Assembly (NCBI GenBank): GCA_964576475.1
Contig: CAZNVG010000005.1
Span: 1-55,690 of the forward strand
DNA from: an uncultured Candidatus Saccharibacteria bacterium
GTDB lineage: Bacteria > Patescibacteriota > Saccharimonadia > Saccharimonadales > CAZNVG01
Direction of reading: 5' to 3'
Length of the DNA: 55,690 bases
The notes below the pieces were generated by a model. It was not told the origin of the DNA. It made no database searches and worked only from the letters and a program-made list of their open reading frames with translations. Each line of letters opens with the position of its first letter. The stretch's first letter is position 1. A program made the position numbers and the translations under genes. This document shows positions 7,898 through 15,600 of the stretch, piece by piece.

Positions 7898-8614
7898 CTA
7901 CCGCTGACGCGGCGTGAAGTACTTGCGCACCAGCTTGTCGCGGTAGGCGAAGATCATCAGGCCGATGCCCAGGACGACGAGGAAGACGCCGAGGTAACCG
8001 AGGGGCTTGGATGCCTTGCCGGTGACGGCGAGCTGGTCACGACGCGGAGTCGTAGACGGCGCGACAGTCGTCGGCGTGACCTTGATGGTCGTCGTGGTGT
8101 CGAGCTTGATCGGCACCGTGGTGCTGGTCGTGCTCGTCGTCGACGGAGCTGCGGTGGTCGTCGTGGCCGGCACCGTGGTGCTGGTCGTGCTCGTCGTGCT
8201 GGTCGTCGACGGAATCGTCGTCGGCGGCGTTGACTCGCAGTTGATCGACTCGTAGCTGGCCTGACGCCCGAGCAGCTGACCCTGGTACTCGACCTCGAAC
8301 CCGATGACACCGCCGAGAATCGAAGTCTCGTTGGTGGTGATCGTGAAGGGGACGAGCTGACCAGGCATGATGACGCCGAGGCTCTTCTTCTCGAAGGGCG
8401 TGACTGCGTCGACCTCCATCTGCGCGTTCGGCTTGCCGATCTTCTCCGAGTTCTTGAAGTAGGACTCGATGATGACCTTGCCGTCGACGCACTTGCTCGT
8501 CGCCTGCTGGTAGGTGTCGCATGCACCCGCCACACCCGCGAGGATGAAGAGGGAGACTGCGGATGCCAACAGGATGAACGGCAATCGCTTGATGGTCTGC
8601 ATTGTGTTGCTCAT
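7898..8614 (-). CDS. GC-rich cell-surface protein with Thr-rich linker and LAxTG sortase-type sorting signal
   Basis: Signal peptide, small Cys-containing domain, TSTTSTT stalk, then LAVTG + hydrophobic TM (LGYLGVFLVVLGIGLMIFAY) + basic tail (RDKLVRKYFTPRQR). Confidence 0.85.
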   Translation of the reverse strand: MSNTMQTIKRLPFILLASAVSLFILAGVAGACDTYQQATSKCVDGKVIIESYFKNSEKIGKPNAQMEVDAVTPFEKKSLGVIMPGQLVPFTITTNETSILGGVIGFEVEYQGQLLGRQASYESINCESTPPTTIPSTTSTTSTTSTTVPATTTTAAPSTTSTTSTTVPIKLDTTTTIKVTPTTVAPSTTPRRDQLAVTGKASKPLGYLGVFLVVLGIGLMIFAYRDKLVRKYFTPRQR

Positions 8615-8689
8615 TTCTGCTTCTGCATGTCAGCGCCATAATGGCACTGAAGGGAACATGCATTAGCTTGGTAGGGAAGTTGCTTGTCG

Positions 8690-8743
8690 GGTACGGTACC
8701 CGTACAGCTTGCGAATGTTCGTAAACTCTACGGGTACCGTACC
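8690..8743. repeat. 15-bp perfect inverted repeat / long hairpin upstream of the LAxTG gene
   Basis: GGTACGGTACCCGTA (8690-8704) / TACGGGTACCGTACC (8729-8743). Inner pairing TTGCGAA/TTCGTAA. Confidence 0.8.
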
Positions 8744-8799
8744 TTCACTTTTCATACCTGACTTGTTAAGGTTCGTTCTGCTCCTAGAGAAAACTCTAG

Positions 8800-8959
8800 A
8801 AAAACAAAACCTCCGAGATCGCTTAGTGGAGCGGACCGGAGGTATGGACAATAAACATATTGCATCCTCGGTTTCGCTACTGACTCCCCGATTGCCCAAG
8901 CGACCAAATACAGGCAAAAGGATCATAGTCCGGATGGTTCTCTCACAATAAGATAACCA
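8800..8959 (-). ncRNA. Putative structured RNA / riboswitch-like leader, copy 1
   Basis: Promoter (8966-8994), then the 77-nt conserved multi-stem element (8939-8863), then hairpin ACCTCCG/CGGAGGT (8809-8843) with a U-tract on the minus strand. Confidence 0.55.
8863..8939. repeat. 77-bp exact direct repeat, copy 1
   Basis: CATCCTCGGTTTCGCTACTGACTCCCCGATTGCCCAAGCGACCAAATACAGGCAAAAGGATCATAGTCCGGATGGTT is identical at 8863-8939 and 9229-9305. Confidence 0.97.
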
Positions 8960-8965
8960 ACCGAC

Positions 8966-8994
8966 ATATTACAACAAAATATCATAAAAGTCAA
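8966..8994 (-). promoter_or_regulatory. sigma70 promoter for RNA copy 1
   Basis: Minus strand TTGACT (8994-8989), 17 nt, TAATAT (8971-8966). Confidence 0.65.
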
Positions 8995-9003
8995 TATTAT
9001 GTA

Positions 9004-9107
9004 TGCTATAATACATATAAGCCAACAGTAGTAGATACGTAAATAGGACCCGTACTAGCTACCTCAAGCGGTCTCTTGAGGTAGCTCATGCGAGCCCTAT
9101 TCTTTTT
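9004..9107 (+). ncRNA. Possible ~90-nt small RNA with extended -10 promoter and intrinsic terminator
   Basis: TGcTATAAT at 9004-9012. 12-bp perfect stem AGCTACCTCAAG/CTTGAGGTAGCT (9057-9086) inside ATAGG/CCTAT, followed by TCTTTTT (9101-9107). No ORF. Confidence 0.4.
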
Positions 9108-9170
9108 ACAGAGGTAGATAGCACTAGCGGTAGCGGGTTGAATGGACCGTACAACCCTAGCCGTAGAGTC

Positions 9171-9316
9171 AAAAAAACCTCTGATCTGGCCACTTATGGA
9201 GCGCAAAACAGAGGTAGACATAGAGATCCATCCTCGGTTTCGCTACTGACTCCCCGATTGCCCAAGCGACCAAATACAGGCAAAAGGATCATAGTCCGGA
9301 TGGTTTGTAATAAACC
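9171..9316 (-). ncRNA. Putative structured RNA / riboswitch-like leader, copy 2
   Basis: Promoter (9323-9351), then the same 77-nt element (9305-9229), then hairpin ACCTCTG/CAGAGGT (9177-9215) with a U-tract on the minus strand. The stem covaries with copy 1. Confidence 0.55.
9229..9305. repeat. 77-bp exact direct repeat, copy 2
   Basis: Identical to 8863-8939. Confidence 0.97.
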
Positions 9317-9322
9317 GAACTT

Positions 9323-9351
9323 ACAATAAACTACTTACAATAATCTGTCAA
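9323..9351 (-). promoter_or_regulatory. sigma70 promoter for RNA copy 2
   Basis: Minus strand TTGACA (9351-9346), 17 nt, TATTGT (9328-9323). Confidence 0.55.
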
Positions 9352-9388
9352 TACTACTTTAACAATAGGCAGTTGTTATACTAAGCAC

Positions 9389-10618
9389 ATGCCAGATACT
9401 ACATCACCAATTGACCAGCAACCATCGACAGATGAGACTTCGGAGACTGCAGTCAAACAGCCAGCGGGCAGATCGAAACGTAAGTTTTTCGTAGCCGGTG
9501 TTGTACTCATTATTGTACTGATCGTAGCCTCGGCTGGGGCCGTAATTATAACCCGCAGGAGCAACGAAACTACTCATTCTTCACTCAAGGCACTAGATTC
9601 AAATGACGCACAAGAAGTATTTGAATTAATAACAGCGAACAAGTGGTGTACGGGTATTACCAATGAGGAGTTTGGAGATCATACCGATACTGCTTACATG
9701 CCAGACGGTAGCTATCTGCAACAAAGCTACTCTGACTATCCAATAGAGCCTGTGAATCTGCAGTGGACGCTAGCTCCAGGCGAGAATCGTGAATGGTACA
9801 TAGTGCTTAGCGACGGAACACGAACTAAAGTTGAGATCGATTCTGCTCAGAATCTTTTCGGCCTAAATAAGTGCGAAAAGATACAGAACAAAGGATATAG
9901 CGCTCGCAGTCTTCCTACGATCGAACCGTCAGACATTCAAAAAAATTTGATGGTAAAACTGCAGAGTACAAAATGGATGAGAACTGATTCGTTTGACACC
10001 GAAAGAGAGCCGATGACAATGGTGTTCGGCGATTCTTATGTCGCGACGGCGACATACAGGAATGAGTCTTGTGTGAATAAGGGCTACTGGTATGTACGGA
10101 ACAATCAGATCGCAGTAAAATTTAATCCCGATAACTGTGACCCAAGAGATAACACAGACACAGCGGACTTTGTGTTTATGTTTGATAGCACAGGAAGGCT
10201 CGTTGAGGACTCGGAAGTCTTGTTTGTGGCGGAGAAGGATTACAATTCATCAAAGTCGACTTTCAGAATGTTTGGAAATGAAGAAATTGAGGTAGAAATT
10301 ACGGTGCCGGCTCCGCTGTTGCTCGATACGGAACAAAAAGCAAAGGTGCGTGTGACCAATAACGTTGCGAAATACAGACAGCAGAAGAGAAGTCTGCGAG
10401 TTACTTCGTTTGGTGTTTCAGATAGTCCTCGGATGAGCGGCGTAATGTCAGATGAGAAAGTCCAGGGTGTCGCGATAGATAAGGGTGAGTCGTATGATTT
10501 TGAAACCACAATTCGTATAGACAGTCAGAAGCTAAAATCAAAACAAGTATACTTTAACCTTTCGGTAGAGATTGATGGTTCGGAAGCTCAGGTAACTGAC
10601 TCAATTGGACTTCCGTGA
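9389..10618 (+). CDS. Membrane-anchored extracellular hypothetical protein
   Basis: 409-aa ORF, basic patch plus a single N-terminal TM (FFVAGVVLIIVLIVASAGAVII). Extended -10 TGtTATACT lies 6 nt before the ATG (leaderless). Confidence 0.8.
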   Translation: MPDTTSPIDQQPSTDETSETAVKQPAGRSKRKFFVAGVVLIIVLIVASAGAVIITRRSNETTHSSLKALDSNDAQEVFELITANKWCTGITNEEFGDHTDTAYMPDGSYLQQSYSDYPIEPVNLQWTLAPGENREWYIVLSDGTRTKVEIDSAQNLFGLNKCEKIQNKGYSARSLPTIEPSDIQKNLMVKLQSTKWMRTDSFDTEREPMTMVFGDSYVATATYRNESCVNKGYWYVRNNQIAVKFNPDNCDPRDNTDTADFVFMFDSTGRLVEDSEVLFVAEKDYNSSKSTFRMFGNEEIEVEITVPAPLLLDTEQKAKVRVTNNVAKYRQQKRSLRVTSFGVSDSPRMSGVMSDEKVQGVAIDKGESYDFETTIRIDSQKLKSKQVYFNLSVEIDGSEAQVTDSIGLP

Positions 10619-10624
10619 TACTGC

Positions 10625-11845
10625 CTATTCTCTCCTAAGGGCGTCGATTGGGTTGATCCTTTGTGCGCGCCGGGCGGGGAAGTAAACTACGGCTAGACCG
10701 ACAACGATCATAAATAGAATAAGTACAACCGCCAGCCAGAATGGCATAGAGAATACGTTGAACATCTCAGTAGAGCGATCGGCAGCGTTTTGGTTGAGCA
10801 ACTTGTTCACGATAGTGGCTCCGAGTAGCGACAGAAGCAGGCCACAAATAGCGCCAACTACCGATAGCATAACGGCCTCAAACATAAACAGCCGACGCAT
10901 ATCTTTTGGTCGACCCCCCATGGTTATCATGAGTCCGATTTCCTTTGTGCGCTCCAAAAGAGAGATGGTAAGTGTGTTAAACATACCTAGTATAGCTACG
11001 ATCATACCAATGCCACCGAAGCTTGCGAGAATAATATTGAAGAATTTAAACAGCTGATTTATCTGATCAAGCGTGTCTATTGGCGAGTTGGTTTGGAAGC
11101 CGCTCCCTTCAATCTGCTTACGTAGTGACGTGACGTTTGCGAGGTCATCGCTGACGACTTTCATCTGCTTGTACGTAGGAACGCCCGCAACGTCAAATAC
11201 CGCACTCGATACGAATATCTCACTGTTATTGCCCGAGTCTACAACACCGATTATTTTGAAGACATCACGGAGTTCTGACTTCTCTAAATTAGCGCCAATT
11301 AGCGGAACTACTACTTTAAGATCTTGACCAACAGCTTTCTTTTGGTCGGCAAGGCCGAGGTTTTTAAGTGCTGACTTGCTGACAACTACCGATTTAGGGT
11401 CTTCGTCCTTCTTGAGCAGTCGACCTTCGATAAGATCTAGTTGTGTCAGTTCTTGAAACGTATAATCCCAGCCGTAGATGACGCTGTCTACTTCGCCACC
11501 TTGCGCAGAGATGCTCGTAGGGAATGAGTATTCTAGTCCGGTTCTAGATACGTGTGGATAGGTTTTGATTTTGTTAACCGCAGCAGCATCGAGCTTTATG
11601 ATGCTAGAGTTGGGGCTTGAGACATCGAGTGCTTTTAGTGATTTGTCGCCAATAACTTGGTTTGTGACGACATTCTGTAAGCCAAGGCCAAATGACACTA
11701 AGAATGCAATTGAGCCAATGCCGATCACAACACCAAACATGGTGAGAAAAGAGCGGAGCTTTCGGCTGACGATATTTCGCCATGCCATATAAAGCAAAGT
11801 GCTAAGTGGAATGTGTGCTTTCTTTGGGCCGGCGTCTTCGATCAT
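10625..11845 (-). CDS. MacB/FtsX-family ABC transporter permease
   Basis: RSFLTMFGVVIGIGSI, large extracytoplasmic domain, MFNTLTISLLERTKEIGLM..MG, YFPARRAQRINPIDALRRE. Confidence 0.93.
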   Translation of the reverse strand: MIEDAGPKKAHIPLSTLLYMAWRNIVSRKLRSFLTMFGVVIGIGSIAFLVSFGLGLQNVVTNQVIGDKSLKALDVSSPNSSIIKLDAAAVNKIKTYPHVSRTGLEYSFPTSISAQGGEVDSVIYGWDYTFQELTQLDLIEGRLLKKDEDPKSVVVSKSALKNLGLADQKKAVGQDLKVVVPLIGANLEKSELRDVFKIIGVVDSGNNSEIFVSSAVFDVAGVPTYKQMKVVSDDLANVTSLRKQIEGSGFQTNSPIDTLDQINQLFKFFNIILASFGGIGMIVAILGMFNTLTISLLERTKEIGLMITMGGRPKDMRRLFMFEAVMLSVVGAICGLLLSLLGATIVNKLLNQNAADRSTEMFNVFSMPFWLAVVLILFMIVVGLAVVYFPARRAQRINPIDALRRE

Positions 11846-12615
11846 TTTTGTTTTACCTTTGATAGTCTTATGATTCTTTGCTTCATCTCGCGCATTAGTC
11901 GGTCGGTCGTTTGCAGGGCGTCCTTATTTTCCAGTAGGGTACCTTGCCCGTCTTGGATATGAATAAGGAAATCTCCCAGCGGTAAATATTCAATGTTGTG
12001 TGTCACTAATATTATGGTGCGGTTAAGGTCGCGGTTATAACTTTCCAGCAACGCCATAATCATGTCGCCATTTTTACTATCGAGGTTTCCAGTTGGCTCA
12101 TCGGCGATTATGTACATTGGGTTATGAACAATTGCTCTCGCCATTGCAACACGTTGTTGTTCTCCGCCAGACAATACGAGTTGGTTTTTCTTAGCATATG
12201 GAGCCATGTCGACTCGCTGCAATGCGTCCATGGCTTGCTTGGCGGCTTGCTTGCGAGAATAGCCGAGGAAGTGCAGGGGGACTGCGACGTTTTCGAGTAC
12301 GCTAAGACTGCTCACCCAGTAATTCTGCTGGTAAACGATACCGATACGATTTGCGCGAAAATGTGCCAACTTCTCGGGACTCAGGGTGTATATATCGTCT
12401 CCCTCGAAATAAACGTCACCTGTTGAAGGCGACTGTATGCCGCTCAGGATATTAAGAAGCGTGGATTTACCGGAGCCAGATGGTCCGTAGATGATATTGA
12501 AAGAACTACTATGGATGTTGAAACTTATCGGTTTCAAAACTTGCAGAGTCTCTTCACCGACCTTAAATGATTGGGTGATATTGGTCGCTTTTATGAGGAT
12601 GTTTTTGTCGTCCAT
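11842..12615 (-). CDS. LolD/MacB-type ABC transporter ATP-binding protein
   Basis: GPSGSGKST, LSGGEQQRVAMARA, IIADEPTGNLD, VTHN. ATGA overlap with the permease. Confidence 0.95.
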   Translation of the reverse strand: MDDKNILIKATNITQSFKVGEETLQVLKPISFNIHSSSFNIIYGPSGSGKSTLLNILSGIQSPSTGDVYFEGDDIYTLSPEKLAHFRANRIGIVYQQNYWVSSLSVLENVAVPLHFLGYSRKQAAKQAMDALQRVDMAPYAKKNQLVLSGGEQQRVAMARAIVHNPMYIIADEPTGNLDSKNGDMIMALLESYNRDLNRTIILVTHNIEYLPLGDFLIHIQDGQGTLLENKDALQTTDRLMREMKQRIIRLSKVKQK

Positions 12616-12618
12616 AGC

Positions 12619-15600
12619 TTAGAAACCAAATACCTTTCTGAGTGTATTTAGCACTATATTGAGGACACTGTCGGACGCACGACCAATGATAGAAGGCTGG
12701 CTCTCGCCTTGGCCGGCATTGCCTGAGCGGTCTTTAGAAATTGGTTTTATGGTATAGACTTTACTAGTTGGCAGATCCGAAATGATCACAATATGGTCAG
12801 TTGTTAGGGCTGCGTCTTCGGCTGTACGACTATTGAATTCAGTCGCGTTTGATCCTTCAGCGAAGGCCACCTGGCTCGTTGATGGTTCATCGGTCTTCCA
12901 GGAGACGACAATCTGTCCTCGTGCCTCAGCTCCCGATCCTCGTACTGTCGGCTCTATCGTTATCGCAGTAACTTTTGGAGGACGTGTATCGAGTGCTGTC
13001 TTGAAAGATTGGCGATCTGAAGCTGCAAGGTTCCCGTCGGCATCACGTCCTTGCGCTAAGAGGAAATACTCACTGTTATCCTCCAGACCCTTGATGATCA
13101 TCTCGTGCGAGGTCTTAAGTTCGTTCAAGCTTACGTCGATTCCATTTGAACCAGATTTACCATAGGTGACAATGCTGTTCGTTGGAATGTTGGTTGACCA
13201 TGTGATTTGCTGTGTGCTTGTTGGTTCGCCAGCAACGGGCTGGAATCTAAGGTTGGCAATGCGCGGACGTTGCGGCGTGGTGAGTGAAAAGATACTGCTT
13301 TGGTATTCTCCGCCCTCAGAATCAAACATGATAATCTTGTAGAAGTATTTTGTTCCGTCATCAAGGCCGTCGAGTGATGTGCTGTAAGTCGACTCGCTCA
13401 TGGAAGTATTGATCGTCTTTACACCACCAAATGAGTCAGACTTACCATATATAAAGTTAACTTTGACAGCATCTTTGACGGTGAACTGAATTGTCGCACC
13501 GCTTAGATTTACCTTCAGCGATTGAACTTCTTTCAGCACAGGAGCGGGTGCTGTCGTGAAAGTGTATTCTTGGCTTGTTCCCGTATTACCGTCCTCGTCA
13601 GTCCAACGTGCTTTGAAGTAATAGGTTGTACCTGCTGCGAGGTTGTCGAGCTCAAGTTTGTGGGCACTCACCTGTGAGCTATTTCCGATTTCTGATGCAC
13701 TATACTCGCCGCTTGTTGTACCTATCTGGATTTTACTGTCTGAAGCGCGGTCGGTGTTCCAGGCGATCGTTGCGCGTTTTGTAGTTATTTCACTCACGAC
13801 TGCGTCGGATGTTTGAGTGGCAGGTGCAGTGAATTTACCTGTAGGGGTTTCTGATACGACAGTACTCTCTGCGCCGCAGTTGTTTGCGCTATCACAGGCT
13901 TTGACTTTGTAGAAATATTCCTGCTGGCTCAGTCCAGTGTCGACATACGAGGCACTAGTGCTCGTTCCGATTTGTGTGAAGTTACTGTTGTCGGTCGAAC
14001 GCATAACTCGGTATTGAGCAATGCCAGCGCCTAGTGATGAAGGCTGGTCCCAAGTGATTGCAAGTCGCCAGTTACTATTTGCTTTGATCGAGACATCGAC
14101 GACATCAGCATTTGTTGGAATTCCTGGCGCAGACGTATTTGCCGTAAAGGTGACCGATGCGAGACTTGAGTAGTTGATTGCACCGAAGTCATCCTTACCA
14201 ACTACGTAGAATGTGTTGTCGCCAGGCTGTGTTGCATAAGCACCTGGTCCGATCGATGTTTGACCCTGTGACGTGTAGTTACAACTATTTACCGTTGGCA
14301 GGGTGTTCACGGTGTAGCAGTAGATCAGTTTGTCGGCATTGCCTGTAGTGGTATTGAACGTTGACGGCGCATCCCAATCAAATGAGAATTCATTAGTGGT
14401 GTTGGTGCTCGGATCGGCAGTTAGGTTTTGTGGCGGGGTAGGCGCACCGCTTGTATTGATCTTTAGGGCGGCAGTGACGTAGTTGGTTGTTACGTTGCCG
14501 GCTTCGTCCCACGTGCGGAAGTAGATCGTATTGATGCCGTCGCTAAGATTGTCGTAGTCTGTAGGATCAACAGTGTCGTAGCTGCCATCGTTATTCAGTA
14601 GATCAGAAGTATTTCCGCTGCCGTTATGGCTGTCGCCATACCATGTGCCGCTTGCACCTATACGATACTGCAGGCCGATAACTCCTGAGTTATTATCTGA
14701 CGCTGCTTGACCGCCACTCGTTGGCCATGTAAGTGTGGCAGCCTTAGAGTTTAAGAATCCGGAAGGAGCGGAGATAAACCCTGGGTTTGATGGCGCAGTG
14801 TTATCAAATCTGAACTGGAATTGCTCGGCAGTAGCGAAGAGGTTTCCCGCGTTGTCGATTGCTTTGATGCGCAGATAATAGGGGTCGCTTGAGCTAGACA
14901 GAGCGGTTCCGAGTAGACCCGCCGTTGCAAGGTCGAGATTAGTCGAGCTTACCGCGAACGGGCAATTGCCACCCGTATTGGCTGTGCCGGTACCAAGCAT
15001 GCCTTTAGTCGTGGCAGGATCGGCACTGGCGGTTTGTCCGAGGTAGAGACAATACCCGAGCACTCCCGCACCGCCGTCAGTAGCGGCATCCCATGAGAAG
15101 TAAGGCGACGCACCGTTTGTCCAGTCGTTGCTACTCAAGGTTGAGCCAGCGTTTGCCTTGAGGGCCGTAATGTTTGTTGCGTTAGTATCTGGGCCGTTGA
15201 CGTCAGATGTTGCAGACAGTGTCACGGAATCTAGTTGTACACGTTGCGTGCCATCGCCCGTCAAGACTGCCTGCCATTTAATGCCATTAAATGTAACGGG
15301 GAAGGTGGCGATGTTTGTATTGATTGTGGCTATCGTGTTCGTGTCGGACGTGGAGTTGGAAGCGCCCCAGGCGCTGCCGGTCCAATACTTCCATGTAGCA
15401 CCGGCGTCATCGCTGAGGCGGTATTTAATTGTTCCACCGTTTGCGGTTTCGCTAGCAGCTAGTCCGTCCCAATGATCCACTCCTGTCGTACGAACCGCGC
15501 TATTCAGTACTATCGACTGGGCAGTATTGGCATAAGGCTTCGTTGTGAAGCTAGACCGCGCAGAGTTACTGAGGCGTATTTCATCAAGCGATCCAGCAAA

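Larger units (their letters stand above)
7770..8764. mobile_element. Putative non-autonomous cargo element with 13-bp terminal inverted repeats, flanked by a GTTA direct repeat
   Basis: AAGTCAGGTATGA (7770-7782) is the exact reverse complement of TCATACCTGACTT (8752-8764). GTTA lies immediately outside both ends (7766-7769, 8765-8768). Subterminal hairpins at 7793-7873 and 8690-8743. No transposase inside. Confidence 0.45.

Noticed and set aside
8663-8926. ORF starting inside the repeat (MILLPVFGRLGNRGVSSETED...) and other short ORFs over the repeats
   Set aside because: No SD, the two copies diverge in length and sequence immediately after the repeat, and the frames run through terminators. 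Structure explains the conservation better. A micro-peptide is not strictly excluded.
8863-9305. The two 77-bp repeats as a CRISPR array, or as a known riboswitch (FMN-like ATAGTCCGGATGG, ZTP-like CGGGGAG/CGCTTGGGCA, hammerhead-like CGAAAC)
   Set aside because: Only two copies, too long, a 289-bp spacer and no cas genes. The riboswitch and ribozyme resemblances are short fragments in the wrong order or on the wrong strand, with core motifs missing.
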